A stretch of DNA of 64,000 bases from Octopus bimaculoides (lineage: Eukaryota): the NCBI RefSeq assembly GCF_001194135.2, contig NC_068985.1, positions 126,525,083 through 126,589,082 of the forward strand, given 5' to 3'. Position numbers and translations under genes: made by a program. The notes under the pieces were generated by a model. That model saw only the letters and a list, made by a program, of their open reading frames with translations, made no database searches and was not told where the DNA came from. Below are positions 25,048 through 35,519 of the stretch, in pieces (the first letter of the stretch is position 1; the number at the start of each line of letters is the position of its first letter).

Positions 25048-25897
25048 TCTGATCTACATGTGAGTCAATGGGCAGACAAAAGCAAAATGCAACCAAGCGA
25101 GGGAAAATTTGAGCTGATGCATTTTGGAAGAAAGACCATGCTAAAACAGCCATACATGCTTCCTTCAGAGGAACCGCTCACAGCAACTAATAACATCAGA
25201 GACCTCGGAGTAATTGTTGATAACAATCTCAGCTGGAGTGCCCACATCAACAATAAGGTCGATATAGCTCGTAGGATGAGTTCCTGGATCCTAAGAACCT
25301 CCCGGTCCAGAGAGCAAGATGTCATCATCCCTCTTTTCTTCTTTGTACGGCCACACCTTGAATGCTGATACCCCTTGTAGTCCTCCCTACCATACAAAAC
25401 AAAACATCTCAAAAACTGAATCACTCCAGAGGTCATTCACTAAAAGAATTAAGGGCACGACTGATCTCGATTATTGGGACCACCTTAAAGCATTGAAACT
25501 CTGTTCTCTCCATCGCCGCCATGGGCGCTACATCATTTGCACGATGTGGAAAATATACCTCCAGCATTGCCCAAACGACCTCAACATTATCTTCAAAATT
25601 CATCCAAGGCTAAGACCACGAGCCATACGTCCCCTACCAAATTCAGGATCACAACACATAAATACACTGCAACACAATTTCTTTTCTTGAACAGGCCCTG
25701 TCCTATTTAACATTGTCCTGAAACAGATCAAAGAGGAAAAGGATCTCATTACCTTTAAACGGAATCTGGACAAATTTCTTCAAGGAATACCAGATAAGCC
25801 ACCTATATCTGGATACAACTCACTCAACAAGAACTCCCTACTCGAATGGACCTTGACACCACAAAACTTAACATAAAAAGGATTTAACTAATCCTAT
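25046..25897 (+). mobile_element. CR1-clade LINE 3' portion (post-RT region), pseudogene
   Basis: KFELMHFG, IRDLGVIVDNNLSWSAHI, WILRT..SR, VRPHLE, ESLQRSFTKRI, LKALKLCSLHRR, FKRNLDKFL, with frameshifts and a stop. Confidence 0.9.
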
Positions 25898-25899
25898 CA

Positions 25900-26068
25900 G
25901 GTACTTCCCAGCCACATGGTTTCGGGTTCAGTGGCACCTTGGGCACCCAAAGCATTGTGAGCGGATTTTATACACGGAAATTGAAAGAAGCTCTTGTANN
26001 NNNNNNNNTGATTTGGGTATGTTTACAGTTTGGCATAAAAGACCGATAGAATAAGTATCAGGCTTTTA
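25900..26068 (+). mobile_element. SINE family A fragments spanning a 10-N gap
   Basis: cttcccagccacatggtttcgggttcag...cggaaattgaaagaagc, then ggcataaaagaccgatagaataagtatcaggc. Confidence 0.7.
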
Positions 26069-26205
26069 TTTACATAATTCACATTTGACGGATATTTGTC
26101 CTCATCTTGTTTGTTGTCAAGGCAACGTTTCGGTTGATATACCCTCCAGCCTTCATCAGGTGTCTTGGGGAAATTTCGAACCTAGGTTCTCATTCCTAAG
26201 GGATT
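26068..26205 (-). mobile_element. Penelope-like terminal repeat (copy 1) containing a hammerhead motif at 26119-26164
   Basis: Reverse complement of 27360-27500 and homologous to 46120-46295. Minus strand: GACAC CUGAUGA A GGCUG GAGGGUAUAU CAACC GAAAC GUU GCCUU. Confidence 0.85.
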
Positions 26206-26439
26206 TTTTGATATTGTTGTTGTTGCTGTTGTTGTTATTATTCAGGTCACTGCCTGGAATTGAACTCAGAATCTTGGGGTTAGTAGCCCGCGCTCTTAAC
26301 CACTACGTGGACAATTATGGAGTGAATTTTTAGGGTTTATAAATCTAATATTTTCCTCTCCTTCCTTAATACTGGTTTCCATATGCTATTCATATCTGCA
26401 CTCGGCTTGCTTAGGAGGTTGTTGTGTCTTAGCATATGT

Positions 26440-27230
26440 GCTGCTTCTTTTAGTTTTCGTATTTTCCAGTGTGTTCTCTGACTATTATTTTAACTTCATC
26501 CAATGGAGGGGGGGGTCTCCATTTTTCTATACATGATCAGCTATACCCGATTTATCAATATCTCCTCGTGTCACAGCTTTGCGATGTTCGTCTACCCTTA
26601 TTTTAAGGGGGCGGTATGTTTTGCCTTTGTATAACTTACCACAGCTGCATGGGATGGAGTACACGCAGTCTTTGGTCATATTCTCTTCTGTTGGTGGTTT
26701 TACCCGAAGGAGATATTTGCGAAGTGTTGTATTACTCTTGAATACCGTCCTGATGTCATATGGGCCACATATCTTTTGTATCTTTTCGGAGAGGCCTTTC
26801 ACATAGGGTAGACAGACTGGGGACAGTTTATTGGCCTCGTCCTCTCTCTTCTTCATAATCGGAGTGGATAGAATACTTTTGGGGTTGTTGTTGCTTAACA
26901 GATCGTTATTGAGCTTGATCATTTCTTCATGGTGTGTATCACGATCGCTACTTATGTTCTTTGCACGATGTTTTAGCTACTGAGCAGTCTCTCTCTTCAC
27001 ACTGTATGGTGGGAATTGAAGTTAAGGTATCGTCCAGTGAAGGTCGGCTTGCGGTATATGGATGTCCTGAATCCATACTTGGTGGGTGTTATTAATACGA
27101 GGAATGTCAGCTGATTGTCTTTTTTCTTTTTCCATTGTGAACTGTATGGATGGCTTTATTGAGTTCTCATGCTCAAACAACACTTGGACATCTTCCTGGT
27201 GGGGCCAGAGTATAAAAGTGTCATCAACAC
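26440..27230 (-). mobile_element. Penelope-like element: C-terminal RT plus GIY-YIG endonuclease remnant
   Basis: 27022-27230 gives VDDTFILWPH...NSIKPSIQFTMEKE. ORF 26527-26922 gives LPYVKGLSEKI..I...DIRTVFK and CVYSIPCSCGKLYKGKT.RPLKIRVDEH (GIY-YIG). Confidence 0.92.
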
Positions 27231-27333
27231 TACTAAAACCAACCCTATGGCTGCGATATGTTGATGACACCTTTATACTCTAGACCCAGCAGGAAGATGT
27301 CCAAGTGTTGTTAGATCATGTGAACTCAATAAA
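27231..27333 (+). mobile_element. Inverted duplicate of the Penelope RT catalytic segment
   Basis: The + strand reads LLKPTLWLRYVDDTFIL*TQQEDVQVLLDHVNS. 27259-27333 is an inverted copy of 27155-27229. Confidence 0.88.
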
Positions 27334-27359
27334 CAACAGCAACAACAACATCGAAAACT

Positions 27360-27540
27360 ACCTTAGGAATGAGAACCCAGGTTCGAAATTTCCCCAAGAC
27401 ACCTGATGAAAGCTGGAGGGTATATCAGCTGAAACATTGTGTTAACAACAAACAAGATGAGGACAAATATCCGTCAAATGTGAATAATGTAAATAATGTA
27501 AATAATGTACATAATTCCTCATCTCTTAAATATGGAACTG
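27360..27540 (+). mobile_element. Penelope-like terminal repeat (copy 2) containing a hammerhead motif at 27398-27443
   Basis: GACAC CUGAUGA A AGCUG GAGGGUAUAU CAGCU GAAAC AUU GUGUU, followed by 9-bp (aataatgta)-type repeats. Confidence 0.85.
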
Positions 27541-27704
27541 AAGTACCAGGCTTATAAAAAAAAGTACTGGAGTCGATGCATTCGACTAAAAATTCTTCAA
27601 GGCTTGCCCCAGCATGGCCGCAGTCAAATGATTGAAACAAGTAAAAGATAAAAACTAAAAAATACATACATACATACAGAGAGAGAGGGGGGGCGAGGGG
27701 AGAG

Positions 27705-28095
27705 TTGGCAAGGCTGTGTGATTAAGAAGTTAAGAAGCTCGCTTTGCAACCACGTGGCTCAGTCCCACACCACGGTACTTGCCTTCTACTATAACCCCGG
27801 ACTAATCAATGCCTTCTGAGTGAATTTAGTAGACGCAAACTGTGTAGAAACTCGTCGTACATAATATGTGTGTGTCTTTGTGCATGTATTTGTCCCATCA
27901 CCACCAGCGTTTGTTAACCAGTGTTGGTTTGTTTACGTCTCCGTAAATTAGCCGTTCGGTGAAAGGATCCGATAGAATGCGTATCAGACTTTGAAAAATA
28001 AATTGCTATCGGGGTCGATATAATCGACTAAACCCTCATAAGCGTTGCCTCGCTTGTCCGCAGTCCAAGGACAAACAAGTAAAATATAAAAGAAA
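27705..28095 (+). mobile_element. SINE family A, near full length, decayed
   Basis: Head ggctgtgtg(att)aagaag..., internal TG run, 3' ccgcagtcc...aaacaagtaaaa. Confidence 0.8.
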
Positions 28096-28337
28096 AGATG
28101 AAAGAGATGTATATGTGGATAAGTGCATGTGTAGGTATGGGTGTGTGTAGGGGCATATGTATTTCTCTGTTAACCTCTTTTGTTATTACACCGCACACAA
28201 AACCACATTAAATACAGTTTCACATGTGCACTCTTTCACCTATATAAGCACGGACATTATTTCTCTATTAACACAAATACTTTTCATACATGAACATACA
28301 AACATCGTCGACTCTTTTATCTACACACCATTAGGCG

Positions 28338-28407
28338 GTTGCTGCCCCGCCTGTAGACTTTGGTTCGCGCTGTTGTAACGCGAACCGAAGTCTGCAGGCG
28401 TGGCAAC
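28338..28407 (+). other. Isolated GC-rich 70-nt stem-loop (22-bp stem with two G-U pairs, 9-nt loop)
   Basis: 28348-28369 cgcctgtagactttggttcgcg pairs with 28379-28400 cgcgaaccgaagtctgcaggcg. Extra basal pairing gttgc/gcaac. Confidence 0.8.
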
Positions 28408-28654
28408 ACTATTTCTAGCAAAAAAAGAAGTAAATAAATAAAATAAGTGATGATCGCGGCCTGCATGCCTTCGACCATGAGTGTTTGTTCGCTCATGTCT
28501 GATCTGGAGTTAAACAACAGCAATAACACGCATGACTTACTCTTTTTTCTGTCTTTATGTACTTAATGGAGTTAATAAGTGGAAAAAGAATGAGTGAGAA
28601 TGTGTGTGCGTGTGTGTCTGTGTGTATCTGTGAGTGTGTGTGCGTGCGTGTGCA

Positions 28655-28728
<74 letters not shown>

Positions 28729-28779
28729 TTTCATTGCAAATTACTACTATAGGCACAATGCTTAGCAAGGAATAATAAC

Positions 28780-28829
<50 letters not shown>

Positions 28830-28842
28830 TAATAATAATAAT

Positions 28843-29328
28843 GTTTTGTTTATTAACTCCTAAGGGAACGACAAATGCAGAATATGCAGTGAGAGAAGTG
28901 AAACAGTGTGGAACATTGTAAGTAAATGCCCGTAATTGATACAATGCAAATGCAAAAAAGGCGACATGAGAATGTAGCAAGAATGATAGTTTGGGAACTT
29001 TGTGGAAATTATGGCCTAGAAAGATCGAAGAAGTACCCAATCCCTGAAGGAGTTATAGAGAATAAGGATTGTGAAATCCTGTGGAATACAATGATTCAGT
29101 GTGACCATCAGATTAAACATCGGAAACCCGACATTGTGCTTAACAGAAAAGTAAAAAGCTGCCAGATAACTGACATAGCACGTCCCGGTGATAACAGGTT
29201 TGAAGACAAAGAAGAAAAAATGAGCAACTATGATGAACTGAAGTGGGAAATAAGCAGGTTGTGGACAATGAAGAAAGTGGACGGGATACCAATTGCGATT
29301 GGTGCGCTTGGAAGTATCAGTACCCAGC

Positions 29329-29329
<1 letters not shown>
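28843..29329 (+). mobile_element. R4/Dong-like non-LTR element, zinc knuckle plus restriction-like endonuclease remnant, flanked by (TAA)n
   Basis: CRICSERSETVWNIVSKC (CCHC-type, His to Asn) at 28876-28929, then RRHENVARMIVWELC, ILWNTMIQCD...RKPDIV...ITDIA and IPIAIGALG. (AAT)n arrays on both sides. Confidence 0.88.
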
Positions 29330-29408
<79 letters not shown>

Positions 29409-29440
29409 GTAATAATAATAATAATAATAAAAATAATAAC

Positions 29441-29672
29441 CTAGTGGTGGTCGACAAGATGCACCACATGTGCTATATAGTTGATGTCGTGTGCCCCTCT
29501 GACCCACGAACAGTCAAGAAGGAAGGTGAAAAAAATGGATAAATACAACCCTCTTAAGTACGAAATAGTCCGGCTATGGAAAATGAAGAAGATGAAGACA
29601 GCACCAATTATTGTTGGGTCCTTGGGGACAGTGTCAGAAGACATCAAGTGTTATACAAAGGAAATTGGAATT
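29441..29672 (+). mobile_element. Second, diverged R4/Dong-like RLE fragment
   Basis: LVVVDK...CYIVDVVCPSD...K.DKYNPLKYEIVRLWKMKK..TAPIIVGSLGTV, directly after an (AAT)n tract. Confidence 0.8.
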
Positions 29673-29674
29673 TG

Positions 29675-30207
29675 TGGGAAAAGCGCTAGTCGATTACATC
29701 GACCCCAGTGCTTAACTGGTAGCTAATTTCATCGACCCCGAAAGCTGAAAGGCAAAGTCGACCTCGACAGAATTTGAACTCAGAATGTGAAGAGATGGAA
29801 GAAATGCCTCTAAGCAGTTTGTCTGGTGCGGTAACGATTCTGCCAATTCTACATGAGACCAGATATAACAGTAGAAGTGTAAAAAAAAAAACAACTGAAA
29901 ATAATGAGAATGTAAGACCGTAGACTTTGCAGCACCATATCCCAGTGGAATGGATATCGGAGAAACTGAGAAACATCAAAACCTAGTTACAGATGTGAAG
30001 CGAATGAGGATGGGAGCGCAATGGAATGTAAACGCAGATTACAAAGGGACAGTATTGAAATACTATTTTTTCGGTGCGTTCGCCGAGGTCGACTTTGCCT
30101 TCCATCCTTTTGGGATCGATTAAATAAATACCAGTTAAGCAGTGGGCTTGATGCAATCATCTAGCCTCTTCCCTCAAATTGCAAGCCTTGTACCTTTAGT
30201 AGGAAGG

Positions 30208-30272
<65 letters not shown>

Positions 30273-30672
30273 CATTATTATCATCATCATCATCAAGGCG
30301 GTGAGCTGGCAGAATCGTCAGCATGCCAGGTGAAATGCTTAGCGGTATTTCGTCTGTCTTTACGTTCTGAGTTCAAATTCTGCCGAGGTCGAATTTGCCT
30401 TTCATCCTCTCGGGGTCGATAAATTAAGTACCAGCTGCGTATCGAGGTCGATCTAATAGACTGGTCCCCTCCAACCAAATTTCAGGCCTTGTGCCTATGG
30501 TAGGAAGGATTATTATTATTAGTAGTAGTAGTAGTAGTAGTAGCATGAGTTCAAATTTCGCTGAGGTCGACTTTGCCTTTCATCCTTTCGGGATCGATTA
30601 AATAAGTACCACTTACGCGTTGGGGTCGATGTAATCGACTTAATCCTCTCCCCTTGCAGCAAAAATTTGAAA

Positions 30673-30706
<34 letters not shown>

Positions 30707-31150
30707 GACGGTAATCTATAAGAATCGTTCGCACGGTTAGCGGCATTGCGTCTGTCTTATGTTCAGAGTTCAAAATCTGCTGAGGTCGACTTTGATTTTC
30801 ATCCGCTCGAAGTCGATAAAATAAGTACCAGTTCAACACTGGAGTCAATGAAATTGACTAGCCTCATCTCCCAAAATTTCAGATTTTGTGTCTATAGTAG
30901 AAAGGCTTATTATTATTAATATTATAGTCGTTGTTTATAAGGAAGGCGAGCTAGTAGAATCGTTAGCACGCTGGACAAAATGCTTAGTGGTGTTTCATCC
31001 GTCTTTACGTTGTGAGTTCAAATTCCGCCGAAGTCGACTGTGCCTTCTATCCTTTCAGTGTCGATAAAATAAGTACCAGTTGAGTACAGGGGTGTTTATG
31101 TCATCGACCATCCCCTCCCCAAGAAATTGCTGACCTTGTGTCAAAATTAG
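29675..31150. mobile_element. Cluster of six SINE B copies (one on -, five on +) with ATT/AGT linkers
   Basis: About 29675-29860 on -. About 30075-30200, 30297-30515, 30545-30660, 30706-30910 and 30943-31150 on +. All share gaggtcgactttgcctttcatcctttcggggtcgataaa-type sequence. Confidence 0.85.
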
Positions 31151-31894
31151 AAACTGTTGTTGTTGTTGTTGCTGCTGTTGCTGTTGTCACTGTTTCTCTC
31201 CAACCATAGCAAATTGTTTGCAATTTGCGAGTCGACCATGAATCCACAACAGTCTGTGTGAGACGGTTTAATGGAGCAGTACGTAACGTAAGTCATGGTT
31301 GAATTCCAAAGAATTAGAGAGCGGGATATTAAAAAGCTAGGCGAGTGGCGTCAGAGCAAATTATGTACAAATGGTTTAATGTTGCTTAGGAGACACTAAG
31401 GGCTAAAAAACTGAAAAACAAGAAAAAGGAATCTGAAAGGTGGGGCAACATCTACATATCGTGTAACTTTGTTTGCTTTAATTGTCTCTGTATGTATAGA
31501 TGTGTATTTACATACACACGCACATAACCACTCAGACATCTAAACCCACCCACACACATTCTCTCTCTCTCACACACACACACAAACAACCACATACACA
31601 TGCACACGCACACGCATGCACATACATACACAGTCTTTACGTCATAAGAATTTAGAAACTTCGAGAGACGTGAAACAATCAGCTTTTAACGGTAAAACTC
31701 GAAGTAGATAAAGCTATAAACGTAATCATTTATGTATGCCTCTGTGTGTGCGCGTGCGCGCGAGCATGCGCGTGTGTGTGTGTGTGTGTGTGTGTATCAG
31801 AATGGCTGAGCGGCCTAAGGTGCCAGACTTAAGTTTTGGCACACAAATGTGGGCGCGTGTTCGGATCCCACTTCTGGCAGATAATTTTTTTTAT

Positions 31895-32195
31895 AGCCGC
31901 AAGCGTGTCTGTGTAGTAAGAAGTTTGCTTCCCAACCACATGGTTCCGATTTCAATTCCACTTAGCGGCACTTTGGGCAAATGTCTTCTACTATAGCCTC
32001 AGGCCAACCAAAGCTTGTGGATTAGGTAGACAGAAACTGAAAGAAGCCCATCGTGTGTGTGTGTTTGTCTCCCACGACCGCTTGACAATCGGTGTTCATG
32101 TCTTTAGGTCCCGGTAACTTAGCGTTTCAGGCAAAGAGCCCGATGGAATAAGTATCAAGCTTAAAAAAAATATGAATACATTCGACTGAAAACTC
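31895..32195 (+). mobile_element. SINE family A
   Basis: aagcgtgtctgtgtagtaagaagtttgcttcccaaccacatggttccg...gaaactgaaagaagccc...ccggtaacttagcg. Confidence 0.8.
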
Positions 32196-32269
32196 TTAAA
32201 TATGTACATATAGATAGACTGTACTACGGCTGACACCGTAGTACATCTCCAGCGTTAGAGGCTGTGCAA

Positions 32270-32273
32270 AGGC

Positions 32274-32311
<38 letters not shown>

Positions 32312-33205
32312 TGATGATGATGATTTCTTTATTAACCGCGAGGGTTGGACAGCACAGGAACAGCACAGGACAAAACAAAGTATGTGTGTGAGTGTGTGTT
32401 GTGAGGGTTTTGCGTGTAAACACGACTAACAAAATTTTTAAAAAAGGAAAGAAATCAACAATGTATAATCTTCAATAGGGAGGAGACGTTCGAGGACTGT
32501 TCATGGAAAAACCCCATAAATATTTTAAAAAATGGGCGCCCTGACTTTTGGGACTGGTGCCTTTTTTTCCTTTCAATTTTTCCAACTACAGGGCATCATT
32601 CTCGTCACTTTCATCCACCTTTCAGCAAACTGGTTAGAAAACAACACTTCTCTCTCTGCCTTTATTTTCCTTTCCAAGTGAAACTTGAAGAAGTTTATCA
32701 GGGATTGACCAAAGGGAAACGTGTTTGACTTCAGCCCTTTCAATCTCGTCCACCATACAACCTCTTTCGCCATGGCCACCAGGCATATAAAACCGCCTTT
32801 CCTTCTCAGTTAATGGAAGGCGGCGGGACTATTTTCACAATGGAGTCAATTAACAGCCGGATCCGTCCCACATGCGACAGTAAGTGTTCGATATAAACCC
32901 ACAGGTCAGCAATGCTCGGGCACTGGACGAGTGCATGCAGGTCCGTCGTCCTGTGAGCATCTCGTCGTCCTGTGAGCATCTCGTCGTCCTGTGAGCATCT
33001 CGGGCATGCTCGACTGACAGCACTTCCGTACCTGTAAAGTTTATTATGAACAGGCAAAGATCCCCGGTAGCACTGCCAGGCCAGAGATTTTTGGAAATTA
33101 TTCATTGGTCCCGGCCCGAAAGTTCTCCGGAAAAGGGCGACTAGCTGATCTTCTTCGACATCCAAGGTTTCCCTAAGAACGTCGTCGAACTTTTCCTCCA
33201 CTAAT
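32270..33205 (-). mobile_element. Tx1/L1-clade LINE 3' end (zf-RVT-like zinc-binding region, 3' UTR, AATAAA, (CAT)(ATT)n tail)
   Basis: SLAWQCYRGSLPVHNKL...CPRC...LHALVQCP...W, then LVAMAKEVVWWTR...FKFHLERKI..ER...F..RW. The minus strand ends ggttaataaagaaatcatcatcatcattattatt. Confidence 0.8.
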
Positions 33206-33310
33206 CCTCTCTAAAAGATCAAATGGGCGTACCCCTTATCGCACTGTCTGATTGGCTGAGGGCTGTGGAGCGCTTGAAGGCATTCCACTTTCCAAATGCT
33301 CCCCCTCATA

Positions 33311-33480
33311 GTAATAATAGTCATTCCAGTAGCTGTAGGGGTTAGGGTTAGGGAGCACTAACAACAAAATTCGAGAAATATGTCAGAGAAATTGGAATTG
33401 ATATGAGAGCAGAGCAAGCTCCAAAAATATTTCTGCTGGGGACAGCTAGGGCTTGAGATAGGTACTTGGGTGTTGAATGT
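33311..33480 (+). mobile_element. R4/Dong-like extreme C-terminal fragment
   Basis: VIIVIPVAVG, then after a short gttagg duplication GALTTKFEKYVREIGIDMRAEQAPKIFLLGTAR. Confidence 0.6.
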
Positions 33481-34249
33481 CTCCCACGATAATTAACAAC
33501 CAAGTATCAACGCTTATAATGTGCTGAAAGAGACCCTTTGAGACCTCTGACAACAGGTTAATCAAGAACTGCAAAAGAGGGGAAAGAAAGTCTTAGTTTC
33601 TCATCTTGTATCCAAGCTACCAACTGATGCTAGCTCTTATCTAAACAATCCTAAATAATCTCAATTGTTTGCACTACTATTTCATTCGATAACAATGACA
33701 GCTCATGTATATTTACAACATTAGAGCCCATTCTGGCTATTTTTATCATAGCAGGTAATTAAACCGGCTACTTTGTTTTAATCTCACGCTCTCACATACA
33801 TACACCTACATATATAAACACATACATGCGTACATACATATGCACACGCACACATATAAACATACATACATACATACATACATAGAGTTAATTATAAACT
33901 AATTCGCACACATTATATTGTAGCTGTTATATTTAGACGAATGAATTTAATACAGTGAAATTGAGTTTGAGGGGTTGCGGCCACATCAAGGCCTTGGTTG
34001 AGATCACATCGAGGCCACACACGATACTATGCACGAGTATCCTGTGGGATAACATACATTTACGAGTTAAAATCTCATTTGTATTGGCAGATGTAGTGTG
34101 ATGAGTTGTGTGTGCGTGTGCGTGTGCGTGTGCGTGTGAATTCGTTTATTACTATTTTCACATAAATCGGTCATGGTCGAGCAATGGTATGATCCATGAC
34201 GTTCCTGCCATGACCATTCCATCTTTTTTTAGTATTAGGCATAGTACAC

Positions 34250-34442
34250 TCCGGACTACATTATTTAATTTCTCTTTTCTTTTTTCAAAATAAGGACGAA
34301 AGATCGGCTGTTCGTGCTAGTAGCTCATGAACAACGCTACGTTGAGTCACTGGCAATGACATTTTAAAAACCATAATTCTGGAAGAAGAAGAAGAAGAAG
34401 AAGAAGAAGAAGAAGAAGAAGAAGAAGAAGAAGAAGAAGAAG

Positions 34443-34473
<31 letters not shown>

Positions 34474-35250
34474 GGCTTGGGAAGAGAACTCAAAGACGAA
34501 TGAAGGTGACTGTGTCCCGTGTACTGGCAGCTGGAGAAAAAGCAATGATACGGAAGGTGAAGGAGAAATGTAAAATAGATGTAAATATTCGAACAGTTCA
34601 AAGAACACTGAAAGAAAGTGGGTTCAAATATGGAAAGGCCAAGAGGAAAATTCATTTCAGCAAAAAACACAAGAAGGCAAGGTTAGCCTGCGCAAAATAA
34701 TAGCTAACTACTTCTGTTGATTTTTATCAAAGCAATTTTTACTGATGAGAATCTATTTATGTTCTTTGGTCAAGGAAAGGTGAACCATTGACGCAGTTGG
34801 ATGGAGGTGGAGTAAGGGTATGGGGCATGGTCTTTCCAAGTGGATATTTTTGGTTAGAGTGGCTGAAACGAAGGTGGAACAGTATGAGTTACATCCAGCT
34901 GTTGCAAACGTGAGCTTTGTCTCACATTAGAGAAGAAATGGGAGGTAATTTTATCTTCCAACAGGATAACTACAACACTCACGTGTTAAAATCAGTCAAA
35001 CAATGGACGCGAGACATGATATTAAGTCTACTGAAATGGCTGGCAAGAAGTCCGGATTTGAAGTTCATCGAGAATATATAGGAAATGTTGGTACAGCTTG
35101 TATATGATAGACCAAAAGTTACAAGTAAGGCAGAATTATGGAAACAGATTTTGGAGCCACAAGAAAACCGATAGAGACAAAACGAGATGTTACAATGAAC
35201 ATGTTTATCCAGTGCAACGAACAAATAGTGCAAGTGATCGAAAGGAAAGG
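34250..35250 (+). mobile_element. Tc1-like transposase pseudogene with a (GAA)30 tract inside (34382-34471)
   Basis: VNIRTVQRTLKESGFKY...KHKKARLACAK, FTDE (ttt act gat gag), GGGVRVWG, FIFQQDN..THV and W.ARSPDLKFIENI, which are Tc1 DD34E motifs with stops and frameshifts. Confidence 0.88.
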
Positions 35251-35519
35251 CGACTGAGTGGACTACTGAGGCCGAGTGGTACTATCCAAAAAATATTGTC
35301 ACATGATTTTAAAATTTTCATAAAATACTGCTTATATATATATATACATGTATGTGTATCAGCAAAATCTCTTTCAAACAGAGCTCTGCAGACTTAGGAA
35401 AAGAGAGGGCATATTTTGCTGTAATCCTTACGATCCATTTTCTCCTCCCACTAATCTTGAGACGGTTGTAGGGGTAGAAACCTCAGATACCCTCCCCAAA
35501 GAGTCTTATCCATCATTAC

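Noticed and set aside
33338-33353. gggttagggttaggg as an interstitial telomere
   Set aside because: Only about two units, and it falls inside the VG-ALG codons of an R4/Dong fragment; most simply a local slippage.
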